From Escherichia coli (GTDB lineage Bacteria; Pseudomonadota; Gammaproteobacteria; Enterobacterales; Enterobacteriaceae): a DNA stretch of 64,000 nucleotides. A program made the translations under genes and the position numbers. The notes beneath the pieces were generated by a model. It saw nothing but the letters and a program-made list of their open reading frames with translations. It was not told the DNA's origin and did not search any database. Location of the stretch: assembly GCF_003790525.1 (NCBI RefSeq), contig NZ_CP033636.1; one strand, 5' to 3'. Below, one piece after another: positions 48,648 to 58,832 of this stretch; position 1 is the stretch's first letter, and each line of letters begins with the position of its first letter.

Positions 48648-50015
48648 TCAGCGACTGGTCAGATTCGTTGGAATTGTAGTTCCGGTCTGAACGACAAATG
48701 TAATAGCTCGGCCAGGGCTAATTTCTACGATTGGCCACTGTTGTTCTGCAATTGCGGTGTAGTAATCGACGAGTCGATTAAGGCCACCTTGAGCTGCACC
48801 AGCCCCGGCTAATGCCCCAAGTGCACCAAAATTAGGGGACTGATACTGAGCCTGTGAATTAGGGTCGATGTTAAGTGAAGATACCTTACTGGGGCTTAAG
48901 CTACCGGCAAGTGAAGAAAGTCCACCGGCAAATGCAGCTCCTGCAATTGCGTTACCATTTCGGCTGATAAGCGTGCCTCGGATCCCATTTTTTCCGTCAT
49001 TTTCACTTACAGCATATGCTTCCAGTTTTACGTCAAAAGCTTTCCCTTTTGAATTAACACAAGAGATAGAAGTGGCACGTATGTAAGCACGCTGTGACGC
49101 CAAATCACCAACAGCTGAACCCAGAAGGTTACAGTCACGCAAATCCATGGTGAAATTATTGGGCATGATGACATCTTTTTTAATACGCATTGTTACTGGC
49201 ATTGGTTCTGATTTGGAAGAAAGGCTTGTAGGCGCTTCAAGCCCGGTAATCAGAACACCAGTGATAATAGATGTTGCCGGAAGAAACATTTCATCTTTTC
49301 GGGCAGCATGCCGCGCTTTGCTATCAACTGGCGCAGTACCATCACCTCGTACAGTCCGAGTAGGCGCTTTATCTCCTGCAATGACCTCTCTGCCTTCCTT
49401 GATTCTGTTTTCAGACACGGGCATAACCTGAATGACACCATCGGTACCATTAGTCTTAATGGAACTTTGTGTGATTGTTCTCATCGGGCTATTACGCGTA
49501 GGTGTGATAGACGCGTAATTAGGGTTTACGCCATTAATCGGCGCATTAGCATTAAGCTGATAAGGAGCTGCCGGTGCCTGCTCATTAATCGTTTTACGCG
49601 AACTACCAGCATCCAAGTTACGATTGCCGTTTCGATTAGTCTGCATATCATTAATTTGCTGAGACAGTTGCTGAAGTTGAGAAGTTAAACTTGCAACTTG
49701 GGCTTTAGTTTCCTGTTGGGCTTTTTCTGCTTTTTCGCGGTCCTCTTTCGCCGCATTTTGATCAAGTCGGTTTTGCTTAACCATTTCCTTATATACTTTC
49801 TGGCTTTCTTCATTACTCAATTTGTTCATTTGCGAATCATCTAACAACAAATTGGTCTGCATGTCTTTTTTCTGTGTTTTCTTTTCTTTCTTAACTGGTG
49901 TGGAAAAAATAGACTGGCTAATAATATAAACAATCACTACCAGCAGAGCGCCAATAACAGAAAGTCTGACGGTCTTATTTTCCCAGGCCTTTTTAATGTC
50001 CATGATTAGCTCCAC
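48648..50015 (-). CDS. traB: TraB (VirB10-like) conjugal transfer protein
   Basis: ORF track 455 aa; N-terminal TM helix, coiled-coil/Q-rich linker, C-terminal beta-rich domain with Gly/Ala-rich tail as in F-type TraB. Confidence 0.65.
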   Translation of the reverse strand: MELIMDIKKAWENKTVRLSVIGALLVVIVYIISQSIFSTPVKKEKKTQKKDMQTNLLLDDSQMNKLSNEESQKVYKEMVKQNRLDQNAAKEDREKAEKAQQETKAQVASLTSQLQQLSQQINDMQTNRNGNRNLDAGSSRKTINEQAPAAPYQLNANAPINGVNPNYASITPTRNSPMRTITQSSIKTNGTDGVIQVMPVSENRIKEGREVIAGDKAPTRTVRGDGTAPVDSKARHAARKDEMFLPATSIITGVLITGLEAPTSLSSKSEPMPVTMRIKKDVIMPNNFTMDLRDCNLLGSAVGDLASQRAYIRATSISCVNSKGKAFDVKLEAYAVSENDGKNGIRGTLISRNGNAIAGAAFAGGLSSLAGSLSPSKVSSLNIDPNSQAQYQSPNFGALGALAGAGAAQGGLNRLVDYYTAIAEQQWPIVEISPGRAITFVVQTGTTIPTNLTSR

Positions 50016-50454
50016 TTGTAGGTTTCTGGAATCGTTTAATTTTTAGATTTCGTTCGCTGTCAGACATCTGAGGAACGATATAGGGATCACCTGCTCTGGC
50101 CCAGTTTTCACGAACAGATGGATGATTCATTTCAGCTTTATCTATCTGGCTCGTTCTAGATATTTCATGTTTGTAATTAGGTTCCAAAACGTTACTTTTG
50201 TGATAGTCAAAAGCATTCTCCTCATTAATATTGTCCTCTCCTACAAATTTATCAATAAGAGTTGGATCGTTCATTATTACTGTCTGAACGGGAAAAGCGT
50301 TACTGCCATCTTCGATACTAATGGGTGCGTCCGGAACGATTAATACACTCCTTTTTGGTATATATTCTGACCTGTAGTAAAAGCTGGTTAAAGCAAATAC
50401 GACAAAACCAATCACGGTGGCCCCAAGCAGAGCAGGCAAAGTAACTTTTCCCAT
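49993..50454 (-). CDS. hypothetical membrane protein
   Basis: ORF track 153 aa; N-terminal TM helix; located between traK and traB. Confidence 0.45.
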   Translation of the reverse strand: MGKVTLPALLGATVIGFVVFALTSFYYRSEYIPKRSVLIVPDAPISIEDGSNAFPVQTVIMNDPTLIDKFVGEDNINEENAFDYHKSNVLEPNYKHEISRTSQIDKAEMNHPSVRENWARAGDPYIVPQMSDSERNLKIKRFQKPTSGANHGH

Positions 50455-50455
50455 A

Positions 50456-51730
50456 TTATTTTCTGATTAGACTTGGTCTGGTTGTAACCCGGGCCTCGCG
50501 TTCCTTGAACAATTTATCCCGGACTATGTAAAGCTCTGTTTCTTCTCCCGGTTGCAGGTATGCTTTATCAAATAAAGCACTTGCAATAACGCCTTCTGCC
50601 ATACACTGCTGATCAGCAACGATTTGACCGTATGGTTTATCGTTTTTCACAAGAATTACATCAATAAGTTCACGTGAGCCAACCAGTCTCTGACCGAGCT
50701 TTGCATACATATTAAAGTTACATGGGGACTGCTCTGACGCAGGAATACGAGAAAGTCGGTCCTGTTGTAAACTGAATCCTGAAGGGACCTCACCAAGAGC
50801 CACAGGAGTCAATAAATCAATGATTCTTTGTTTATGATCGTCTTGTTTTGGATCCGATGGAGCCAGTTCTTCTGACTGGGAGCGGGCCAACATTTCCTCA
50901 TAGTTTTGCTTATCCAATGAGGTTTCACGTTTGGCTTGCATAGATGGGCTTAAAGATGTAGTAACTGAAATCATCGCACCGGGAACATCAAGCGGTACCA
51001 GGGTCAGGTTATAGGTCGATTCAGGTACCTGATCTTCCGACAACATAATCCCGATTGGTTTATCGGTATTAGTTGAAATAAAGACATCGCCACCATTAAC
51101 AAATATGCTTGCCTCTTCAGCAGGGGTAGAAGTGCTGACAGAAGCATTCTTGAAGCTGGTCGATATTCTGTTTTGAAGTCCTCGTGAAACTGGCAGTACC
51201 ACATTCCCACCAGGCGGCACATTTACACGCTGAACTTCTTTATATCGGTTACGAGCTTCGACATAAAGTTCATCGGCTTTTGACGTGGCGGTCGCATTGG
51301 TTGCATTCTGCTGGGAAGAGGTACCTGTTGGTCTCCCATAGCTATCAATTGCACCAGAGCGGGTCTGTGCGTCAAATCCGGGGAGACTAGGATTATTTGA
51401 TAATGCTCCAGTAATAGCGCTTACCGCAGGCGAAGCATTGCTGGCTGGGGAAAGTTGCACGGTAGGGAGATCAGTTGTAGGTTTTTGTCCCTGCGCATTA
51501 CCGGCTTCACTAAGGTTTGTTTGTGCACCTGACTGTTCAGAACCAGCTTGACCCGGAATAATGGCTTTTGCAGCTCCATTCTGAAATCCGTCAGCACCAA
51601 CTGGCATTACAACCGGGTTATTAATTGTTGCTGGCAATTGGTATTCTTCAGCGATTACGCAGTTCGAAGTCGTGAGCATGATCAATGCGGTAATTGCGTT
51701 GAACCCTAAGCCCTTTTTTTTAATCATCAC
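50456..51730 (-). CDS. traK: TraK-like (VirB9-like) secreted conjugal transfer protein
   Basis: ORF track 424 aa; signal peptide; assignment by synteny (between traE and traB). Confidence 0.55.
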   Translation of the reverse strand: MMIKKKGLGFNAITALIMLTTSNCVIAEEYQLPATINNPVVMPVGADGFQNGAAKAIIPGQAGSEQSGAQTNLSEAGNAQGQKPTTDLPTVQLSPASNASPAVSAITGALSNNPSLPGFDAQTRSGAIDSYGRPTGTSSQQNATNATATSKADELYVEARNRYKEVQRVNVPPGGNVVLPVSRGLQNRISTSFKNASVSTSTPAEEASIFVNGGDVFISTNTDKPIGIMLSEDQVPESTYNLTLVPLDVPGAMISVTTSLSPSMQAKRETSLDKQNYEEMLARSQSEELAPSDPKQDDHKQRIIDLLTPVALGEVPSGFSLQQDRLSRIPASEQSPCNFNMYAKLGQRLVGSRELIDVILVKNDKPYGQIVADQQCMAEGVIASALFDKAYLQPGEETELYIVRDKLFKEREARVTTRPSLIRK

Positions 51731-52515
51731 TTGTTACCTGTAGACGGTGGCGGATTATCCAGCGTTGCCAGTTGCTCTTTGCCGTTTATCGTAATTTTTT
51801 TAATATTCGGTGTTCCGGAATATTGATTTACATATGCAATTCTTGGGCGACCATTTTTCATCCCGAGAACCCATTCATAAGTCCATTTCGATGATTCAGT
51901 TTTGTCCGGAACATTTACAAGTCGAGTCGTTTTGGTACCCCAGACATAGACCATGTCATTTTTTGGATCAAAGTAAATATCATTAGGCTTAAAGGTCTGC
52001 TCAACACCACGAGCCTGCATGATATTTATCTGCTCCTGTAAAGACTCACTCGTTTTAGCCTGTAGTTCAGGTGAAAGGGCATCGAGGACATAGGCCGTCA
52101 CAAAGGAAATATTAGTTGGATTAATATTCCCTAAAAGGGTACTAAAAAAGAGAGCCCATTGTGTTTTATAAGATTCCGATGCTTTGTTACCAACAACCGT
52201 GATCTCTTCATTCATGTTTGGAGGGGTAACAATCGTCACTGGGTCAGTGAAAAAAAGAATCTTTGCAACCAATAACCCAATGACGGCTATTGAAACAGTA
52301 TTAATGCGGATAAGTTTTGTATCACGATTAATCAGGGCGCTGTATGTAATTCCAGCACCTGACGCTTCAGCTTGTGGGCTAAATCGTTTTTTAATGTCCA
52401 AAAAACGTCCCTTAGCACTTTCATCTTTCTTTACGTATGACTGTTCAAGATCACCGTTTTCATCCTTTTTAGATTTTTTGAAAAAAGGGATGTTAATGCC
52501 ACTTAGCATTTTCAT
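51727..52515 (-). CDS. traE: TraE-like inner-membrane conjugal transfer protein
   Basis: ORF track 262 aa; single N-proximal TM helix then periplasmic domain; synteny after traL. Confidence 0.55.
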   Translation of the reverse strand: MKMLSGINIPFFKKSKKDENGDLEQSYVKKDESAKGRFLDIKKRFSPQAEASGAGITYSALINRDTKLIRINTVSIAVIGLLVAKILFFTDPVTIVTPPNMNEEITVVGNKASESYKTQWALFFSTLLGNINPTNISFVTAYVLDALSPELQAKTSESLQEQINIMQARGVEQTFKPNDIYFDPKNDMVYVWGTKTTRLVNVPDKTESSKWTYEWVLGMKNGRPRIAYVNQYSGTPNIKKITINGKEQLATLDNPPPSTGNK

Positions 52516-52526
52516 TCATAGCTCCA

Positions 52527-52877
52527 TCAAGAATACAAATCTCTGATAAATGGATCGTTGAAATAACGGCTACTAAAAACTGCTTTACCTGGCAAAAAAC
52601 CGAGCCACCAGAGTCTGTGTTTTAGCAATCCTCTTATTCCTGACTCAGCTGCTTTGTTATACGCAATCCAATATACAACCGCTACTACAACAGAAAACCC
52701 GAAGCATTCGAAGATATTCCCAAATGCAACCAGAATGAATGCAAGCCCTATTTTTTTTGCATCCCAAAACAAAATCAGTAGAGGCATGTTGATCCTGAAA
52801 GGGAATCTATAGGTATGCTGAGGAACGTCGTTCTGCTTACTCATTAAAAATCCAGAGAGGGGGATGAACCCCCTCAT
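52527..52877 (-). CDS. traL: TraL-like (VirB3-like) conjugal transfer protein
   Basis: ORF track 116 aa; YRFP motif near N-terminus as recalled for F TraL (KYRFPK), followed by hydrophobic helix. Confidence 0.6.
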   Translation of the reverse strand: MRGFIPLSGFLMSKQNDVPQHTYRFPFRINMPLLILFWDAKKIGLAFILVAFGNIFECFGFSVVVAVVYWIAYNKAAESGIRGLLKHRLWWLGFLPGKAVFSSRYFNDPFIRDLYS

Positions 52878-52894
52878 GCATGATTAACAATAAA

Positions 52895-53275
52895 TTACAG
52901 CGGTACGCCAGCATCCATAAAGGTGCTGATAATTTTCTCGCCGTTGGCCATTACCAGCATCATGAATAATGAAACCAGTGCCAGGCCCGGGTTAGGCTTA
53001 AGGACAGAGAAATATACGCTTGAGATCAACATCGCGGCTGCCAGAATTTTGCCCGGAGCTCCAGTCATACTTTCACTCATGTATGACCAAATATCTCCCA
53101 GTGCCCCATCATCTGAACCCGCATATGCCAGACCGCAAAAAAGCACGGTCAGCAGAACAAACAAAATCACTTTTGCGCTTTTTGTTTTAAAAAGTGCAGC
53201 CGTGTTAGATTTCTTTTCACTAAGGCCAATATTTAAAGAAAGTTCCATAATTACTCCGTGTAGATTTGAGTTCAC
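52895..53275 (-). CDS. putative conjugative pilin precursor
   Basis: ORF track 126 aa; leader followed by two hydrophobic helices, probable cleavage after AYA; first gene of the traL-E-K-B-V-C string. Confidence 0.5.
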   Translation of the reverse strand: MNSNLHGVIMELSLNIGLSEKKSNTAALFKTKSAKVILFVLLTVLFCGLAYAGSDDGALGDIWSYMSESMTGAPGKILAAAMLISSVYFSVLKPNPGLALVSLFMMLVMANGEKIISTFMDAGVPL

Positions 53276-53740
53276 GTAAACGCGAATGAATAATACTTTT
53301 TTATTCCGATCCTTCCGTTCGCATAAACCCCCTTTTTTTAACGTTTAGCGATTGGTGAATTTTTAAGCAAAGGGGCCTAAAGCATAATCTTTGAAAAGTA
53401 CCAGTGAACGCTTAGTAAAAGTTTGAAAGAGGGGAGGGGGTAAGATTACGTTAAGCTCAATCCTGAAGCTGATGAGACTCCTCAAGCATAAAAGTCACTT
53501 TTGATGGTTTGAAAAGCTCTAACTAGATATCGGGCAGGTAACTAAGCTTCATATCTAATCTTTTTTGTTCCCTTAATATCTATCTCTTGATTCTGAGAAG
53601 GCCGCATATCACTGTGCTCCCTGGTTCGGCAACTATCAGTTGGAGAAACTACATACAATCCTCGGCCGGTGCGTCATTCATCTAAATGCCTTTTACACCT
53701 CTGGGCGTGAGTGGGACTTTGTCTTGTCCATATGAACATC

Positions 53741-54258
53741 ATTCATTCGAATGCTTTTGGCCAATGCTATTTAAGCAAATGCTTTCTGGCTGAGTCCTTT
53801 TGCGAATGAGTCTTTGATATAACTGCATGAATTTTGGGTTGTTTGGTGTACTAACAAAACAAAGGCATTTCTTTGAATGCCATTGGAGTTGTGATGCTTC
53901 TGATATTTTTTTGATCTCATATCAAACACATAGTCCTTCTGATGCCCAATGTCATAGATGTCTTGGACCATTCTCGCTCTTAACAAAGCTGTACTGTGTG
54001 TCATTCGACCTAATGCCATTCACCAAAATGCCTTTTTATACCACTGCATAGCTATGCTCGGGATACAGTGGCAAACAAAAGCATTTCAATGAATGATTTT
54101 TTGGGATACCGACATCAAAAGCATTTGTATGAATGTAAGAGGCGTAATCCACAAAAGGCATTCACGTGAATAGAGTGCGCACGAAACCATCTTGCTCCAC
54201 GGCATTTAATGAATGGGCTAGCATGTACGCTTGAGCCAGAAAGGCATACAGATGAATA
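53741..54258. repeat. iteron-like direct repeats (about 10 copies of a ~19-bp AAAGGCATT-N3-5-TGAATG-like motif), candidate oriV
   Basis: Copies read at about 53741, 53776, 53861, 54011, 54028, 54078, 54118, 54155, 54199, 54240; several are internally palindromic (GGCATTC...GAATGCC, ATTCACGTGAAT). Confidence 0.5.
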
Positions 54259-54396
54259 GTCAGGAGTTCGTTTGAAAAGTTACTTTTTTGCACATTAAGC
54301 CGAGATGTAAGACCAGTAGTAAAAGAAGCACTAAGCATAGCACTGATAAATAACTTATTTTTCAGCATGTTATAACCAGTGCATACCTGGTAGCTT

Positions 54397-55272
54397 TCAA
54401 CCTTGTTTGGCGAGGGCCAGCTTAGGGCTTCTTTTGAAGATCTGAAATTGTATGTCGCGACCTTTCTTAACTTCTTGATAATCGAGATATCCGATAGATT
54501 CAAGTTCCCGCATTGCTTTACGAATTATCTGGTTTTGCGTACGAATAGGGGTTGTAAGAAGCAACCTTTCCCTCAACCGTTTCATATTAACGAACAACGT
54601 ACCAGCTGGCATTGCTTCAAAATAAATATAGAGAGATTGCGCAGCTTCTTTTTTAGCCAAAATGTATAGAACCTGAAGGCTTAACAATGTCTTATGGTCG
54701 TAACGATACAGTTCCCACATAGAAGGATCCCCAACCAACTCAACAGTATCGCTTTTTGGATCAATCATAGCCTTCTGCACCAGATGCGTTACTGTGAACC
54801 GACCACTCCGAGAGTCTGAGAAGGCAAGCACTACCGATGCAAGGTTCATTAATGACTCTTTAAAGCGCGCACGAGTTCGTTTGTTGATGTTTGTTGAACT
54901 GATACCACACATCTTCGCAAACTCGTTAAAAGTCAGGGTAATCTTCTCGGAAGTAAAACCATATTTACTGAAAGCCATGATGATCCCGAGCCAGCACTTA
55001 AAGTCGGTAGACATAGATAGTTTGACACCAGTTATCTTGATGTCGTCATAACCCTCCGATCTTGCAATTTCCATACACGAAAGCTCATCAGAGGCATCAA
55101 CTTCAAAGTTTCGGTCGCGGTTTTCTTTTGTGCCGACAGGGGTAAATACACTCAATCTCAACAGGGCCACGGGCTGAACCGACTTGGACGAGTTAGGCGT
55201 CAGTTGATAAGTCTTACCTGATTCATTACTGGTTACGTCAAAAGGATGGATTAACTCGTTGTTTTTAATCAT
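54397..55272 (-). CDS. putative replication initiator (Rep) protein
   Basis: ORF track 291 aa; flanked on both sides by iteron-like repeats; C-terminal region resembles winged-helix of iteron-binding Rep proteins. Confidence 0.5.
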   Translation of the reverse strand: MIKNNELIHPFDVTSNESGKTYQLTPNSSKSVQPVALLRLSVFTPVGTKENRDRNFEVDASDELSCMEIARSEGYDDIKITGVKLSMSTDFKCWLGIIMAFSKYGFTSEKITLTFNEFAKMCGISSTNINKRTRARFKESLMNLASVVLAFSDSRSGRFTVTHLVQKAMIDPKSDTVELVGDPSMWELYRYDHKTLLSLQVLYILAKKEAAQSLYIYFEAMPAGTLFVNMKRLRERLLLTTPIRTQNQIIRKAMRELESIGYLDYQEVKKGRDIQFQIFKRSPKLALAKQG

Positions 55273-55330
55273 TAACTTAACTCGTCGGTGATAAGATTTT
55301 CATTTGGCAAACTGTTTATAACATATTCTT

Positions 55331-55430
55331 GCAAATGCTTTTTACGCATTAACCTAAATGCCATAAGCATTCCAGTAAATGCCTTCCTTATTCATTCAAA
55401 TGCTTTTCGCATGCATCCGAATGCCGGATC
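55331..55430. repeat. second set of iteron-like repeats (AAATGCYTT...CATTC, 4-5 copies) upstream of the Rep gene
   Basis: Read from sequence: CAAATGCTTTTTACGCATT, TAAATGCCATAAGCATTC, TAAATGCCTTCCTTATTCATTC, CAAATGCTTTTCGCATGC, GAATGCC. Confidence 0.45.
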
Positions 55431-55748
55431 CTTTCATAAAGTCACTATAATCAATGAGTTAAAGATGCCGTGATCTTTACTTGAACTCTATTGATCTTTA
55501 GTGATCTAAAGAATTGATCTATCCTGTTGAAAACAATGATAAGTCCATATAAAACAAGGAATAGCGCTCCTTTAACAATATCTACAGATCGCAAACGGAA
55601 ATGAACGAGGGTCTACTATCATTGTTTTATTCAAGACAGTTTTTATTTTAATTTTATTAAGCAAATTTTTTGAGTTTACCTTTTAGATGTATCAGCCCTA
55701 TTTGGCAAATTTGAGGTTCATGTATCATGTAGTAAACAGGAGGAAGAT

Positions 55749-56804
55749 ATGAACAACAGCAAACATACAGTCATTGAAGTGGATACTAATCTAGTTGAAA
55801 TTGAAAAGGGATTTAATCCCCGAGAGGCGGTAATCGGAGATTTGTGTTACGAACAAGAACCTGTCAAGTCGATGATTGTGTCAATCAAACAAGCCTTTAA
55901 GGAAGGAAGGCAGGTTGATATGATCAAGGTCGTAAAAAGAAAAGGTAAATATTTAGTTCGTCAAGGTCATACTCGTTTTCATGGCTTAAAATTAGCAATT
56001 TCTGAAGGTGCTAATATTCCAAAATTATCTGTTATCCTAATCGATTATAAAAACGAAATTGAAGAATACCTTGAGAACCTCGATGGTAACAGAAGCAATG
56101 GGCTAAATCCGGTTGGGCAAGCTCATGCATTAGCTCATGCTGTTAGTCTCGGGTATTCGGTTGAAGAACTAGCAATGCGATATCAACGATCAACTACCGC
56201 AATTCGTAATATGCTAAAAATCCTTGATATGCCATTAGAGCTTCAACGTTTGATTAGCCTAAATCTAATCAAAAAAACGCTCGCCATTGAAATAATGTTA
56301 AAATATTCCAACGATCACAAAATGGTTTTAAAACATATAGAAGGTTTCTTACCTGGCGTTAAGAATATTGAGACTACAACGAGCAAAATTGTAGGCATAC
56401 CTGAACACAATGCAGCTGGAGCAGGACCAGACACCTTAAATAAAGGCGGACCAGAAAAGAAAAATTCGGCAGTCACTCGTAAGACTTTGGGTATTAAGCG
56501 CCTCTCGCATAAGAAAACAGAACGGCTAAAATCTGAATTTCTTGAGCTTGTGGAAAGTACACATACGGAATCTATAACGAATACTCAAACAGAACTAAAA
56601 TTTGGTAGAGATAGTGCACACTTGTTCAAAAATGTTAATAGTAATAATGTAATATTTTCCAATGATGGTGTTCAAATAATCTTGAATGATGAAAAGCTAA
56701 ATATTTTATTGTCTTTACTTAACGACGAAAATACAGCAATCATTGTTTCTAAACCAAAATTAGAAGAGCTTCTGGAAATTCGAGATCTCCTTAAGGAATA
56801 TTAA
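55749..56804 (+). CDS. ParB/Srx-fold N-terminal domain protein (ParB-like nuclease domain), paralog 1
   Basis: ORF track 351 aa; GFNPRE and VRQGHTRF motifs of the ParB N-terminal domain. Confidence 0.6.
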   Translation: MNNSKHTVIEVDTNLVEIEKGFNPREAVIGDLCYEQEPVKSMIVSIKQAFKEGRQVDMIKVVKRKGKYLVRQGHTRFHGLKLAISEGANIPKLSVILIDYKNEIEEYLENLDGNRSNGLNPVGQAHALAHAVSLGYSVEELAMRYQRSTTAIRNMLKILDMPLELQRLISLNLIKKTLAIEIMLKYSNDHKMVLKHIEGFLPGVKNIETTTSKIVGIPEHNAAGAGPDTLNKGGPEKKNSAVTRKTLGIKRLSHKKTERLKSEFLELVESTHTESITNTQTELKFGRDSAHLFKNVNSNNVIFSNDGVQIILNDEKLNILLSLLNDENTAIIVSKPKLEELLEIRDLLKEY

Positions 56805-56821
56805 AAACGAGGATTAGTTGA

Positions 56822-57022
56822 GTGATTAAACCTATAAAGCTGACTCTTATCGATAATTATAGTGATTTGCTTCTAACTCATGAAGTCCTTAAACGCAACA
56901 TGGAAGAGTTAGAACACGGTAAACGTTTTGATCAATTTCCTGAAGGGCATGACCACTATGAAAAAACTGTGAAAGAAGCTGTAGCAATCGTAGAGGCACG
57001 TTTGGAGGTGTTTCGAAAATGA
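56822..57022 (+). CDS. hypothetical small protein (66 aa)
   Basis: ORF track (GTG start); GAGGA upstream; stop overlaps start of next gene (ATGA). Confidence 0.4.
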   Translation: MIKPIKLTLIDNYSDLLLTHEVLKRNMEELEHGKRFDQFPEGHDHYEKTVKEAVAIVEARLEVFRK

Positions 57023-57735
57023 AATCTCTTTTCTTTACTCTTGATGGTCATATGGTACCAGCCTCAGTGAATGTATCACTTAACGGAGATGGAAATTATT
57101 ATGCACCTATCGAAAGAGAATGTAACGAATGTGCGGGCACAGGCCACAAAGGGGCTGATTTATGTGAAAAGTGTCATGGGGTACAAACAGTTGGACCCAT
57201 TATTGAAAAATTAGTGGCACTAGAGCCAATTACCTTTCTCGATAACATTCCGGAACTGCGTGTTAACCCAACACTCGAAGCATGGAAATCCAGAAACCAC
57301 GTCCTTATTGAGAAAGCAAAAAAGGCTAACACTAAGTTTTCTAATAGTATATTGGCGCAATTAGACAATAACCGTTTCTTGACAGAACGCCAGCTGGATT
57401 GTTTCTTTACAACTTTTGATGTGATGTTGTCTGAAACTCCGGAAAATGAACAAGAAATTTTAAAACATAGCTACAATATCGGCCAGGTCATAAGCATTGA
57501 ACTAACATTTACTGAAGTCAGGGCCGCGTACGCAAAAAGTAAAGGGAGTTATTTTTTTACATTTACTGGTAAAGTTAGAAATGACGGGATCGCTTTAACG
57601 GCCGATAAACAGGATCACATTTTATTGGGTGAACGTTATCATTTGACTGGAAAAGTCAGAAAATTCTATGAATTTGATTCGAAAAATTATGCTGCAATAA
57701 CAGTTTTTAAGTTAAATAAACTCCAAGACAGTTAA
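57019..57735 (+). CDS. hypothetical protein with DnaJ-type CxxCxGxG zinc-finger motif
   Basis: ORF track 238 aa; CNECAGTGHKGADLCEKCHG. Confidence 0.5.
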   Translation: MKSLFFTLDGHMVPASVNVSLNGDGNYYAPIERECNECAGTGHKGADLCEKCHGVQTVGPIIEKLVALEPITFLDNIPELRVNPTLEAWKSRNHVLIEKAKKANTKFSNSILAQLDNNRFLTERQLDCFFTTFDVMLSETPENEQEILKHSYNIGQVISIELTFTEVRAAYAKSKGSYFFTFTGKVRNDGIALTADKQDHILLGERYHLTGKVRKFYEFDSKNYAAITVFKLNKLQDS

Positions 57736-57966
57736 ATGTTTTTGCTGCTTAAATATAGAGCCAAGACTTTAACTGTCGTTAGGACTCACTCACGTAATAT
57801 TGTTGCTTACGCAATGGGTTTTATCCCTCATAAAGATCTGCGAGTATAAATCTTTTACATTTAAATTCCCCTCTATCAGAACCTTTTCTATTGTAAAAAA
57901 ATGATAATCTTATTAATTATAATTTTAATTTTTTGTATACCAATACCATACAGTTAAGGCTAAAAG

Positions 57967-58824
57967 GTGATGATGGAGATGGACTTTAAAATGCACAATG
58001 ATCTGGGTCTCGGTTTCATTTGTAAAAATGCAAGAACATCGTCAAAGCCAACGTTAAGAAAAGTTACTTTTCCGGTAAGCGCATATGAAACGTCTAAGCT
58101 TTCTTTAACCGGTTTTCAATGCCCCACAGCCTGCCGTTTTCCTTTTTTTGTGCTATGCATGATAATCCATAACCATCTTTCGTCTGCATGCCCTATCACC
58201 CAAAATGAATGTTCAAATCATATCTCGCAATTTTCTATCGACATTAAAGTACAAGATTGGCTTAGCCGTTCAAGAGTAGCGTTTATTGATTTCCATAATC
58301 TTAGAAATACAGATAAAACCACTTTAATAACAGTGAACCATCTTGAAGCTTTACTTACTGTTATGTCGACTACTCTTGTCGCTTATGTTCCATATTCAAA
58401 AAAGAGACTAAACTTTAGCTTTCTAAACTCATTCACTTTGTCTAAAACTTCTCAAAGTTACACATTAACTTTCCCGGTAGTTCTCAGTCCGCTTTTAGAT
58501 GCTCTTGGCGACTTCATTCAGGAATGCATAACCGAAAAATTGTTAAAACGACGAAATTCGAATTTCATGGTTTACGAGTATCTTAAACGTTCAGGCCAGA
58601 GCTCTCATAAAGTGGAGGACATTAATAACGACTTACAGCTTAAAAGTCTAAATATAAGACTTATGAGCGTCCTTACTGGCCTTTCTCAGCAAGGACTCAT
58701 TTCATTTATTTGCGAAGGAAAGAGGGGCGACCGGAGAATAGAAGAGCTTCAGTTTATACCTTATGTTCAACGAACTTACCCTGAGGTATTAACTTTTGAG
58801 GAATGGATTAGCCTAGTTGATTAG
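57967..58824 (+). CDS. hypothetical protein
   Basis: ORF track 285 aa; no motif. Confidence 0.35.
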   Translation: MMMEMDFKMHNDLGLGFICKNARTSSKPTLRKVTFPVSAYETSKLSLTGFQCPTACRFPFFVLCMIIHNHLSSACPITQNECSNHISQFSIDIKVQDWLSRSRVAFIDFHNLRNTDKTTLITVNHLEALLTVMSTTLVAYVPYSKKRLNFSFLNSFTLSKTSQSYTLTFPVVLSPLLDALGDFIQECITEKLLKRRNSNFMVYEYLKRSGQSSHKVEDINNDLQLKSLNIRLMSVLTGLSQQGLISFICEGKRGDRRIEELQFIPYVQRTYPEVLTFEEWISLVD

Positions 58825-58832
58825 AATTTACT

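Larger units (their letters stand above)
19800..53275 (-). mobile_element. F-type (MPF-F) conjugative type IV secretion / mating-pair formation gene region, interrupted by partition modules, a four-gene plus-strand operon and a tandem repeat array
   Basis: Presence and order of TraA-like pilin, TraL, TraE, TraK, TraB, TraV, TraC, signal peptidase, TrbC/TraW, TraU, TraN homologues; recalled synteny with IncHI Tra2. Confidence 0.7.

Noticed and set aside
53771-54503. Small ORFs in the iteron field (53771-54019, 53827-54051, 54162-54503)
   Set aside because: Overlap the iteron-like repeats and the 3' end of the Rep-like gene; repeat-driven sequence with no translation signals.
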